64,000 nt of DNA from Vicinamibacteria bacterium (GCA_963818215.1 CAWFRL010000021.1:340958-404957); one strand, 5' to 3'; shown: positions 12,616 to 23,477, numbered from the stretch's first letter. Numbers and translations: made by a program. Notes: generated from the sequence alone by a model not told the origin.

Positions 12616-13314
12616 TCAGGGTTGCGAACGAGCGGCGGTTGCCGGGCCTCCGGCACGAACTGCACGAACGATGTACCGCTGCGGCGCCGGGCCCACGTGG
12701 TAGAACGGGTAGCACGTGACCAGCGTCAGGGATCGCGTGGGCGTCGCCTCGAGCACCGTCACGTCTTCCGGATACACGACCCACACGCGTTCAACGCGGT
12801 ACACCTCCTCGCCTTGAAGCGTCTCGATCTCGATGGCATCGCCGGGGCCGACGTCCTTCAGGCCTCGGAAGAACCCGTCGCGGTGCCCGGCGATTCCGGA
12901 GTTGCCGTCGGTGCCGGGGAGCGCCGTGTCCTCGATATGGCCGACCGCGCGATTGAGCGTGAAGTCGTCGGTGCCCGGCAGCACCGCCACTTCGAGCCCG
13001 ATCTTGGGGACGCGCAGGACGGCCAGCGGCGGCGGGGCCGGCTCCTCCAGCGAGCTTCGCCAGGCGCTGATGCGCTTGGGGTCCCAGAGGCTCAGGTCCG
13101 GCGCAGCGGTCGGCTGTGACGTGCCGGCCCGGGCAGCTTGAAGGTCCGCGAAGCGCTCGAGCTCGTGCCGGGCGCCGGTCGCACCATCGATGCGCAGGGC
13201 GCCCCAGGTCACCAGGCTGACAAGGCCAAAAGTCCAAACCGCGTGTTCGGCCAGCAGCCAGGCCCGCTCGTAGCGATTGGTCTCCAATGTCGAGCTGCGC
13301 CGGGGACGCTCCAC
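12616..13314 (-). CDS. Class D sortase
   Basis: N-terminal TM helix; AVGHIEDTALPG..GNSGIAGHRDGFF; LTLVTCYPF; RYIV; GTG start after RBS AGGAGG. Confidence 0.92.
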   Translation of the reverse strand: MERPRRSSTLETNRYERAWLLAEHAVWTFGLVSLVTWGALRIDGATGARHELERFADLQAARAGTSQPTAAPDLSLWDPKRISAWRSSLEEPAPPPLAVLRVPKIGLEVAVLPGTDDFTLNRAVGHIEDTALPGTDGNSGIAGHRDGFFRGLKDVGPGDAIEIETLQGEEVYRVERVWVVYPEDVTVLEATPTRSLTLVTCYPFYHVGPAPQRYIVRAVRAGGPATAARSQP

Positions 13315-13383
13315 TCGCGACGACCTCCTGCCGCGCTGCTGGGCGGATATCGAGCCAGTTTCGCGAGGACGTCCGGCGCTCAA

Positions 13384-13400
13384 CGCATGTCGCGTACCAG
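13384..13400 (-). promoter_or_regulatory. Sigma54 (-24/-12) promoter for the sortase operon
   Basis: Minus strand CTGGTACGCGACATGCG, GG-N10-GC spacing, about 70 nt upstream of the start. Confidence 0.6.
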
Positions 13401-13646
13401 AACGGCCGATCGAGGATATTGGCCGTTTGCACGGTGTCTTGCGGCCCGGGAACCTGGCGACTCCCACGGGTTGACGGAGCGCCTCCGGTATTCCGTGCGT
13501 CAGGATGACACCACGGTCGACTGAAGTGGGCGCGTCAGTCAGGACGAATTGAGCGCGGCTGAGCCGGCGCGCTACACTGCGCCGGCCGAAGGCGTATCGA
13601 ACTATCAGCTCGAGCGACGGGGTTCGAGCAGCTGCGCCAGCGCCGC

Positions 13647-14096
13647 TCACCCTTTAGCGCGCACGAAGGTGATCAGCGTATACCTCGACGCACTCTTTGC
13701 TTCGAACGAGAAGGGCCGGGAAATCTCCACGTTCGGCGCGCTGTCGCAGATCGTGAGCCGGTCGCCGACCAGGGCAAAGATACCTTTCCAGGTCTTTCGC
13801 TTGTCAGCACCTTCCATATGCTCGAAGTCAATGGCCGCCGGCCGGGCACTCGGAGTCACCCGAACGGTTCCGGCGTAGAGGGACTTGCCGACCTTGGTCT
13901 GGATCTGGAAACGGCCGCCGTCAAACGAGAGTTGATGTCCCACGACGTCGTCAATGATTTTGCCGTCGCGTTCCGCCCTAATGGCGGTCCAGGATCGCTG
14001 CAATCTCAATCCGCCGTCCTCGCTCCGCTGCGCGAGAAGGGGAACAAACCCAGCGGCGACAATCAACCAGCACAACGCTGACGTCACTCGGTTCAA
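13647..14096 (-). CDS. TIGR03067-domain secreted protein
   Basis: LQ.SWTAIRAERDGK...IDFEH...KGIFALVGDRLTIC...RP.SF pattern; signal peptide. Confidence 0.75.
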   Translation of the reverse strand: MNRVTSALCWLIVAAGFVPLLAQRSEDGGLRLQRSWTAIRAERDGKIIDDVVGHQLSFDGGRFQIQTKVGKSLYAGTVRVTPSARPAAIDFEHMEGADKRKTWKGIFALVGDRLTICDSAPNVEISRPFSFEAKSASRYTLITFVRAKG

Positions 14097-14344
14097 AATG
14101 ATTCTCCAGAGCAGGAGAGAAAGCGCTCGCTAAGCTGCCATCTTCGCAAGATAGCAGCAACGCGGGAGGCGATGCTCGGCCGGGGGCGGATCCCGACTCC
14201 CAGGCACCTCGGCCGCGGACCGCGTCGAGCCGCTGACCCGTGGCACGGTCCGCGGACGGCCTGACCGGACTACAGCCCGGCATGAATTGCACGGCCAGGC
14301 TCGTGCGCGGCTCCCCAAACCCGAATCAATCGTTGAGATTCGGC

Positions 14345-14361
14345 TTGGCACGCCTTCTGCC
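14345..14361 (+). promoter_or_regulatory. Sigma54 promoter
   Basis: TTGGCACGCCTTCTGC with GG-N10-GC; predicted +1 near 14372, just before ATG 14375. Confidence 0.7.
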
Positions 14362-14374
14362 CTGCGTCCAGGCC

Positions 14375-15500
14375 ATGCAGACTCGCGCCCGCACCCGCTC
14401 GTTGGCGTCACGCACGAAGGCGCTGGTCGCGCTGGGCCTGCTGACAAGCGCGGTCTCCTGCGCCGGACCCTTCAAGGTCAAGATGCCCGGCGGCGGCAAC
14501 GAGGCCGAGAAGCGCCTGCGCATCGACGCCATCCGCCGTGCCGAGGTGTGGCGGCCCACCCGGGTGGCGAGCCTCGATCTCGAAAAGGGCCCGGACGTCT
14601 CCCGGGGGTTTGCGCCGCAGGCGACGGTGCGGTGCAACTACGTCGACGAAAAGATGAGCGGCCGCTCGCCGAAGTTCAGCTGCGCCGTTGGCCGGGGCGA
14701 CAAGGTCAAGGTCAAGTACGGCAAGACCAACGGCGAGGTCTACGCCGAGGTCGCGGCGACGCGGCTGTTGTGGGCGTTGGGATTTGGCGCGGACCACATG
14801 TATCCGGTCCGCGTCATCTGTCGCGGATGCCCGGCCGATCTCGAGGGCGCGCCGACGGCGAACCGGCGGCAGGCGCTGTTCGATCCCGCGGCGATCGAGC
14901 GCAAGATGAAGGGCACCGAGCTCGAGTGGGACGACACGGATGGGCTGGTCGTGGTCCGAGCTCGATCTGGTGTCCGACGCGAACGCCTCGAAGCAGCAGG
15001 CGCAGCGCGACGCGTTGAAGCTGCTGGCGGCGATGCTGCAGCACACCGACTCCAAGTCGCAGCAGCAGCGCCTGCTCTGCCTGGACGAGCCCTCGAAGAA
15101 GAACCCGACGACCTGCGAGCGGCCGTTCCTGATGATCAACGACCTGGGGCTCACCTTCGGCCACTCGAATCTCTTGAATCGCAACTCCCAGGGCAGCGCC
15201 AACTTCGAGAAGTGGTCGGAGGAGCCGGTCTGGCGGAAGGCCGAGGAGTGCGAGGCCAACCTGTCCGGCGGGCTCACCAGCACGTTGAAGAACCCGGTCA
15301 TCAGCGAGGCGGGCCGCCGGTTCCTCGCCGACCTGCTGGTGCAGCTCACCGACCGGCAGCTGACGGACCTGTTCAAGGTCGCGCGCATGCCGGCGCGCGC
15401 GCGGGCCGCCGAGCAGCCCGAGGGCGACTCGGTCGGCGAGTGGGTGGCGGCGTTCAAGGCCAAGCGCGATGCGATCGTGAACCATCGCTGTCCGAACTGA
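14375..15500 (+). CDS. Putative lipoprotein with atypical (HipA/PI3K-PI4K-like) kinase motifs; one frameshift near 14943
   Basis: Lipobox LLTSAVSC; SGRSPKF, KVKY, AEVAATRLL, HTDSKSQQ, INDLG. Confidence 0.6.
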
Positions 15501-15540
15501 GGGCCGAGTATCGGCTCCATTTCTGCTACTCTCGCGGCTC

Positions 15541-17542
15541 GTGCGCAAAGCCCTGATTGGGGCCGGCATCGGCCTGGCCGCCGCCCTGTTTGCCCTGCTC
15601 CTGGGCCGCCTCCCCTTCATCGACGTCGTCGAGCTCAAGACGTACGACTGGCGCATGCGAGCGACCGCCGGCTCGGCGCGCGCGAGCGACGACATCGTCC
15701 TGGTCACCATCGACGAGGAAAGCATCCGCGGCCTCGAGCCCCTGGTCGGCCGCTGGCCGTGGCCGCGCCTGGTCCACGCCGACTGCTCAACTACCTGGCG
15801 CGGGCCAGGCCAAGCGTCGTGCTCTACGACGTGCTGTTCACCGAGCCGACCGGACAAGTTCTTCGTCCAGGACCAGGAATGGAGCGGCGCGGAGTCGGAC
15901 GACGGCGCTGGCGGCCTCGGCGCGCGCGCGTGCCGCTGGTGTTGCCGGGCGACGCGGTACCGAGGCGCTCGAAGGCGGCGCAGCGCCCAGCCGCACCGCG
16001 GTGCCTGCCGGGCCTGATGGCGGCATCGCAAGCGCGCCGAGGAGCGGCCGGTCTTCGTGCCGCCGATCGCGCCGCTGGCCGCCGCCAGCCGTGTCGTGGC
16101 GCACAACTTCGCGGTGCTCGACCCCGACGGCCCATGGCGCCGGTACGTGCCCTTCGTGCGTAATCAGGGAAGAGCGATCCCGTCGCTCGCCTTCGCCGCG
16201 GCGCCGTGGCGCTGGGCATCGACCAGGCCAGCCCGGCGGACGACGGTGTCTCTGTGGGCAGCCGGCTTCTGCCCCTTGACGCCAGCGCGGTACGCGATCC
16301 GCAGGTTCGCCACGCACGGCCGGACGCCTGCTGATCGACTATCGCAGCCGGCGGCCCGACGGCTCGTCGCCGTACCGGCGCGTGTCGTTCTACAAGCTGT
16401 TCTACGCCGAACAGCAGCTGCTCGAGGGCCAGGCGCCGTCGAGCGTCCCGAGGCGTTCCGCGACAAGATCGTCATCGTCGGCGCGACCGCCGCCGCGCTC
16501 GACGATGTCTTCACCGTGCCGGTGGCGGCGGGGAAGGTCGGCGGTCTCGAAGTGCACGCCGCGGTGGTGGACGCGATCCTCGCCGGACGGGCGCTGTCGC
16601 CGGTGTCGCGCGTCTCGCGCGTCGCGTTGACGCTTGCCGCCGCTGTCACCCTTGGCGTCATCGGTGCGTTCGTCGGGCCGTGGATCACGACCGTCGTCGC
16701 GCTGGCGCTGTGGGGCGCCATCACGGCGTTTGCGACCTGGCAGTTCGCCGCGGGCCATGGTACCCGCTCGTGGTGCCGCTGCTGGCGCTGGTGCTGGCGA
16801 CGTTCGGCGATGTCGCCTACGAGTACTTCGTCGAGGGCCGGGAGAAACGGCGGGTCAAGCGACTGTTCTCGCGCTACGTCTCGAAGGACGTCTACGAGCA
16901 GCTGATCGAGACCCGGCCGGCGCGCGGCTGGGCGGCCAGCGCCGGCGCATGACCGTGCTCTTCTCCGACATCCGCGGGTTCACGGCGGTGTCCGAGCAAG
17001 GCGAGCCGGAAGCGATCGTCGCGCAGCTCAACGAGTACTTCTCGCCGATGGTGCCCATCGTCTTCGCGCACAAGGGCACCATCGACAAGTTCGTCGGCGA
17101 CATGATCATGGCGCTGTTCTGCGCGCCGCTCGACGACCCCGACCACGCGGACCACGCGGTGCAGACGGCGCTGGCGATGTCGGCCGGACTGGCGCGGCTC
17201 AACCGCGAGTGGGCCGCCGCGGCCGTCCAACGCTCGACATCGGCATCGGCATCAACACCGGCGACATGGTGGCCGGCAACCTCGGGTCCGAAGACATCAT
17301 GAGCTACACGGTGATCGGCGACCAGGTGAACCTCGGCGCCAGGCTGGAATCGCTGAACAAGGACTTCCACACGCGCGTGATCATCAGCGACGCCACAGAG
17401 CCGCGCTGAAGGGGCGCTATGATATCCGCGCCCTCGGCGAAGTCGTGGTGAAGGGCAAGTCCGTGCCCGTCAAGATCTTCTCGGTCGTGCCGCCCGAGGC
17501 CGTCCTCGAAGGCCTCAACGCGGACGCCCTCTCGACCGATAA
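15541..17542 (+). CDS. CHASE2-domain adenylate/guanylate cyclase (class III), multiple frameshifts
   Basis: [40 protein letters not shown]; [45 protein letters not shown]. Confidence 0.9.
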
Positions 17543-17608
17543 CCCGGGAAGGCGGGACGTGGCACGCGGAAGCTCAGGACCTTGAGGTACACTAGGCGCA
17601 AGATCGTC

Positions 17609-18770
17609 ATGAAGTCCTCGGTCATCGCCACGATTGGCGCCGCGACGCTGGCCTTGCTCGGGCCCGGCGCGGGCTCGCAGCGCCGGCGAGCGCGACGGCC
17701 GGCCAGCTGGGGTCGGTGCTGAAGCGCGCGCAGCAGGTGCGCGACATTCAGATGACCGACGAGGAAGAGACCAAGCTGGGCGAGGCGGTCAGCGAGCGGA
17801 TTCGGCAGCGGTACGGCGTCGTGCAGGACCCGGCCATCCACAAATACGTCACGCTGGTCGGCGCGCGTGCTGGCGCAGGCCAGCACCCGGCCGAACCTGC
17901 CGTGGCGGTTCATCGTGCTCGACACCGACGGCGTCAACGCGCTGGCCGCGCCCGGGGGCCTCGTGCACATCACGCGCGGCGCGCTGTCGCTCATCAAGAG
18001 CGAGGCGGAGCTGGCCGGCGTGCTCGGTCACGAGATCATCCACGTCACCGAGAAGCACACGATCAAGGCGATCCAGAAGGGCAAGATGGTGCAGATGGGC
18101 GCCGACGAGACGCGTCGGCAGCGCCGGCGTCTTCAACAAGCTCGTGGACAAGGCCACCGGTGTCGTGATGGCCGGGTTCGGCCGCGAAGAAGAACTCGAG
18201 GCCGACCGGAAGGGGATTGTCGATCGCCAACACCGTGGGCTACAACCCCAACGGCCTGAAAGACTTCCTGACGACGCTCGCGGATCGCAACAAGGCGTCG
18301 ACGGAAAAGCAGGGGCTGTTTGCCTCGCATCCCGAGATGAAGGAGCGCTTCGACAAGCTCGACGCGACGTCAAGACCAGCAAGCTGACCGCCACCGCCAC
18401 CGTCGAGGCGCGCTACAAGAGCCACGTCACCTACGAGCCGGTGGCCATCACCGCGATTGCGACCGTCGAGAAGGGCTCGGCCGGACTTGCCGGTGGCGGG
18501 TCTGCCAAGACGGACGACACGGCCAAGACCGGCGACAAGGGCGACGGCAAGCCCGAGGAGCCGAAGAAGAAGAGGGGGTTCGGGCTCGGCCGCCTGATGG
18601 CGCCGTCCAGTGGCGGCGAGAAACAGGCCAGCGAGACCACGGGCTCGTCGGCCGCGCGCGGCGTCGACACCGAGCGCAACGCCAAGGGCGGCGGCAATCC
18701 GAACCTGGTGCCGGTCACCGTGACTGCCGCCGATCTCACCGCGTTCAAGAAGGACGGCAAGCTGAACTAG
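17609..18770 (+). CDS. M48 family metalloprotease (BepA/YfgC-like), secreted; frameshifted
   Basis: VNALAAPGG, EAELAGVLGHEIIH (HExxH), ELEADR, FASHP. Confidence 0.87.
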
Positions 18771-20232
18771 TGATCTGCCCTGCTCTCGTCGCTCCCCGCA
18801 CAAGTCGTCGCGGGCCTGGTCCTCGTCGGGCTCGCGGGCGCCGTCCGTGCCTTCACGACCAACCGCGTCGTTCGCGGCCGCGTGCGCCTCACGATGGTGC
18901 TCGGGGTGCTGTTTGTCGGCATCAACGCCGTGCTGGCGGCCTCCGACATCGTGCGGCCCGAGATGCGCCCGCTGGTCGTCTCGATCAGCCAGCTGCTGTT
19001 CGCCTACGCGCTGATTCACTTCGTCGTCCTGGTGCTGGTCAATCCGCTGCGCGCGGACCGCGTGCCGGACTACTTCCCGACCATCGTGCAGGACGTCCTG
19101 GTGTTCGTCCTGTTTGCGATGGTGGCGACGCTCGTGATGGAGGAGAAGTTCCTCACGACGTCGGCGGTCGGCGCCGTCGTGGCGGGGCTCGCGCTGCAGG
19201 ACACGCTGGGCAACCTCGTGTCCGGGCCTGGCGATCCAGGTCGAGAAGCCGTTCCACGTCGGGCACTGGATCAGCTCGGGAAGCTGGGAAGGCGAGGTCG
19301 TCGAGATCACCTGGCGCGCGACGAAGTTGCGCACGCGGCACGGCAACCAGGTGATCGTGCCCAACGGCGAGCTGGCCAAGGCGGCGATCGTCAACTACTC
19401 GGAGCCGGCCTCGCCGACCCGCATCGAGGTCGAGGTCGGCACCGCGCTACAACAACCCGCCGAACACCGTGAAGGCGGTGATCCTGGACGTGCTCGACCG
19501 CGAGCCGCTCGTGCTGAAGTCGCCCGCGCCGGTGGTGCACCTCATCAGCTTCGACGCCTCGTCGATCCTGCATCGCGCGCGGTTCTGGATTCAGCACTTC
19601 CCGATGGACGAGCTGATCACCGATCGCGTTCGCACCGGGATCTACTACGCCTTCAAGCGCGCAGGGCATCGACATTCCCGTATCCGATCGACGTCGAGTA
19701 CGGCGCCGAGCTGCAGGCGCCGGGACCGGACCCGGCGGCGATCAAGACGGCCGAGGAGCTGCTGGCCGGCACCGACCTGTTCGGGCTGCTGTCGGTCGGG
19801 GATCGCCAGGCGCTGGCGTCGGCCTCGCCGCTGCGCCTGTTCGGCGCCGGCGAAGCGATCGTCAGGCAGGGCGATGCCGGGCACTCGGCGTTCGTGGTCT
19901 GTGACGGGCGGGTCCGTGTGAGCCTCGACCCGGGCGACGTCGAACTGGCCGTGCTGGAACGTGGCGCGTACTTCGGCGAGATGTCGCTGCTCACCGGCGA
20001 TCCGCGCACCGCGTGGGTGCGCGCGGTCGGCGACTGCACCGTCGTCGAGATCACGTCAGACGCGTTTCGCGCCTTCGTGCTGAACCAGCCGGCGCTGGTG
20101 GAACGCATCGGCGCCGTCATCGCCGAGCGGCGCGCCGGCATTGCCCGCGCTCGGGCGACGGTCGCCAATGTCCCGCCGCCCGAGTCGGCCTCGAGCCTGG
20201 TGGCCCGGGTCAAACGGTTCTTTCACCTGTAG
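18770..20232 (+). CDS. MscS-family mechanosensitive channel with C-terminal cyclic-nucleotide-binding domain
   Basis: TSAVGAVVAGLALQDTLGNL, G.V.EITWR.TK, VPN; cNMP domain IVRQGD.G...YFGEMSLLTGDPRTA.V. Confidence 0.9.
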
Positions 20233-20271
20233 GGGCGCGTGCGCGCGCCACGTGCCGGGTCGCCGCACCTG

Positions 20272-20981
20272 TCACCACGGCCACCGCAACCCGCCGTTGC
20301 CGTACCCGCCGCGTCCGCCGTACTCCCGGTAGCCCTGGGCGTAGCCGCGCTCGAAGGCGTCGCGATACGCCGCCTTGTACTGGTCACGCGAGCCGTAGCG
20401 ATTGTTGTAGCCGCGGTCGCCGTCGCGATACCAGTTGTGGCGCCGCGGGTCGTAGCGGTCGCCGTCTTTGGCGTCCTCGCGGCCCTTCTGTGTCGCCCTC
20501 GCGCAGGCCGCGGTCGTAGGCTTCGTTGTAGTAGCCGCCGTAGCCGCCATAACCGCCATAGCCGCCGCGACCCGAGTTGGGATAGGTCGGATATCGGTTG
20601 CCGTAACCGGGGTCACGCCGCGGCGTGGCCCGGCCGTTGCCGTATGCCGCTGTAGCCGTTGTAGCCCTGCTCGTAGCCGGCAGCAAACCCCTGCCGGAAC
20701 GACTGGCGATAGTCGTTGCGGTTGCCGTAGCGCGAGTCGTAGCCGTAGTAGCCGTCACGATAGCGGCCGTGGCGGTCGTAGCCGTAGCGGTCGCGCCCGC
20801 GTGCGTCAGCCTGCCCCTGGTCGTAGCCGGCGCGATAGCCGTTGTCGTAGGCCGCCTGGGATCCCCCGCGGTTTTGTCCCCATCCCCAGGCCCGGCCGTT
20901 CGGCTGGGCAATCGCCGTCGCCGAGCACGCGAGGCCGGCCACGACGACGAGGGCCGGAATCAAGCGTCGCCTTGCGATCAT
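20272..20981 (-). CDS. Secreted Gly/Tyr/Arg-rich protein with duplicated YxxGYxxG helical repeats
   Basis: Signal peptide; AYDNGYRAGYDQG...YRQSFRQGFAAGYEQGY; second copy AYDRG...YRDAFERGYAQGY. Confidence 0.75.
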
Positions 20982-21026
20982 CGTCTTCGTCTCCCGAGGC
21001 AGGTGTGGCACCTGCCGGCAGGACAG

Positions 21027-21043
21027 ATCAAGCGGGGTGCCAA
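21027..21043 (-). promoter_or_regulatory. Sigma54-like promoter (variant -12 element)
   Basis: Minus strand TTGGCACCCCGCTTGAT: perfect -24 element, TTGA in place of TTGC. Confidence 0.45.
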
Positions 21044-21153
21044 CTCGCGAATCGCGAGATTGTTGGGGAATTCGCGCGGTCGGCGAAGGACTTACACGCC
21101 GCGCGCAGAGGACAACGCGGGCGTCGATCAGGACAGCCCGTCGAACCCGAAGC

Positions 21154-22358
21154 CTACTTGTAGGCCGTCTTCATCCAGCGGCGCGCCTCGTCGGCCGTCT
21201 CGGGATCGTTGCCCGCCTCGCCCAGGCGGATCGCCTCGCGCGTAGGCGGCCCGCGCGTCGGCCCGTCGTGCTTCGAGATCCGCCAGCTTGCCGACCTCCA
21301 GCTGCACGCGCGCCTTGACCCAGTCGCGCATGGGCAGGCCGGAGGCGCGCGTCAGATCGGCGCGCGCCGGCTCGAGCCGGCGCAGCGCCAGGCGCGCCAT
21401 GCCCCGCTTGTAGAACCACATCGCCTCTTCGCCAAAGGCCCTCGGGCGCGGATCGGCCGGCAGGCCGTCGATGCCCGCCGTGAGCAGGCGATCGGCCTCG
21501 GAGTACTGGCGCGCGCGGATCGCCGTGGCGCCGGCCTCGAGCCGCAGCACGCGGTTGCGCGGGAAGCCGCGTCATCAGTTCGCGGATGACGGCCAGCGCC
21601 TCGTCGAATCGACCCTCGCGGTTGTAGAGGAGCATCAGCGCGAACTTCGCGTCGACCTGCGTGTCGCCCGGATAGCGCGCGGCCTCTTCGATCATGTGCA
21701 GGCCCCTGGACTTGTCGCCGCCAAAGCCCACCATGTAGGCGACCCAGCGCGCCGGCAGCGACCAGCGTCGCCACGACGTAGCGATAGGTCCCGACGGTCA
21801 GTCCCGCATCCTTGCGCGACGGGTCGAGCGCCATCACGCGCTCGTGCGTGTCGTAGGCGCGGCGCGCCGCGCGGAACGCGCCGCCGACGCGGCCCTCGAC
21901 CGTCGCGGCGTACGACGCTTGCAGCCCGACGGCGGCGCCGACGTCGTAGAGCGCGTTCACGTCCTTCGGGTTTGCCGCCAGTCGACGCTCGGCCAGTTCG
22001 AGGGCGCGCGTCAGGTGCCGCCGAAACAGCTCGGCATCGGCGGCGGGCGGCTTCTCCAGCTTGAGGTCGCTGCGCGAAGCGCCGCCCAGGTACTGGTCGA
22101 CCGTGATGGACCCGCGCCTGAAGATGATGTGCAGCCACGTCGCGGTCGCCCGCGCGCGGTGCGTCGCCGAGTCGTTGGGCTCGAGCGCCAGCGCCTTGTC
22201 GAAACTCGCGACGGCCTCGGCGTAGTCGAGGTTGTAGGCCTGGGCGAACGCCTGCGATCGGAGTTGGGCCGCGGTCGGCGCCTGCGCGCTGGGCGTCGAG
22301 CGAGCCCCGTCATCAGCAGAGCGCTCAACGCGATCGGAAATGAATGGCTCGACGGCAC
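21154..22358 (-). CDS. Secreted tetratricopeptide-repeat protein (frameshifted)
   Basis: AYNLDYAEA, FRAARRAYD.HE.V, AKFALMLLYNREGRFDEAL helical repeats. Confidence 0.75.
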
Positions 22359-22375
22359 GTGCGTATGATCATGCC

Positions 22376-23378
22376 ATGCGTGTCACGACTCTCGACGCCC
22401 ACGTCGGCGGCGCGGCTGTTCGCCTGGTGACCTCCGGCCTGCCGCGAATCGACGGGCGCGTCGATGGCCGAGCGCCGGCTCAGCTTCGAGGACGCCGCGG
22501 GCGATGTGAGCCTGCTGCTCACGCGCGAGCCCCGCGGCCACGCCGGCGTGGTGGGCGTGGTCCTGACCGAGGCCGACCGCCCCGACGCGGACGCCGGCAT
22601 GCTGTTTTTCACCGGCGCCGGCGGTCGTCCGCTTTCGGGTCACGCGGCGATGGCGGCTGCCGCGCTGGCCCTCAACCACGGCCTGGTCACGCCCCGCACT
22701 GCCGGACCTGCTGCAGATCGACAGCGAGTCTGGCGCAGTCAGTGTTGCGCGTGGCCGACGCGCGACTCCCAGCGACGTGTCCGGGCCGTGCGGTTCGAGG
22801 GGCCGCCGGCCGCGGTGTTGCGTGGCAACGTGCGCGTGACGACGAGCCGGCGCACCGTGCGTGTGGACGTCGCGTGGTCAGGCAGCGAAGTCGTCGCCAT
22901 CGTCGAAGGCGAAGCGGCCGGCGTGCCGCTGTCGTCGAGCGCACACGCTGGAGCTTCGACGCATCGGCGCTCGAGCTCATCACGACGCTCGACGAGATGC
23001 TGACGCTTACGCCGCCGGGTCACAGCGCGGCGGTGCCCGTCACCGCCTGCGCCTTTGTCGGGCCGGCCACCGACCTGCACGCCGACGTGCGATCGGTGCT
23101 CGTGCGCAGTGACGGCAGCGTCGGCCGGTCGCCCTCGGCCAGCGGCACCGCCGCGGTGTCGGTGGTGCTTGCCGCGATGGGTCTGCTTACGCCTGGCGCC
23201 GTGTGCCGGCACGAGAGCCTCTCCGGGACGTCGTGGACCGCCGAGGCGACGCCGAGTCCGCAGCGACCTCCGGCGCTCGATGACGGTCGCCGTTACGGCC
23301 GAGGTGCATGCGACCGGCTCGCACGAGTTCGTCGTCGAAACCGGCGACCCGCTGACGCGCGGCGTGCTGTGGCTGTGA
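22376..23378 (+). CDS. Proline racemase family protein with atypical active site
   Basis: LDAHVGG, LTREPRGH, DAGMLFF, LSGHA (canonical MCGH), GRSPSASGT (canonical DRSPCGTG), TGSHEFVV..GDPL..G. Confidence 0.8.
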
Positions 23379-23415
23379 CCAACGGCAGATTACTGTGACG
23401 AACGACGCGATTTCC

Positions 23416-23445
23416 TTGACAGGCTGAAAACGCGGTGCCTATATT
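23416..23445 (+). promoter_or_regulatory. Sigma70 promoter
   Basis: TTGACA-N18-TATATT upstream of the HEAT-repeat gene. Confidence 0.6.
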
Positions 23446-23477
23446 CGGCCCACCGATCGCGGCGCGGGGGTAGACCG

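Noticed and set aside
7771-14350. Prophage or integrative element at tRNA-Glu
   Set aside because: No integrase, phage gene or duplicated tRNA 3' end (att site) found by eye.
17559-17575. TGGCACGCGGAAGC upstream of the M48 gene (and TGGCGCGCAACTGC near 26160) as sigma54 promoters
   Set aside because: Spacing is GG-N9-GC, one short of the strict requirement; it could be a read deletion, but that cannot be supported here.
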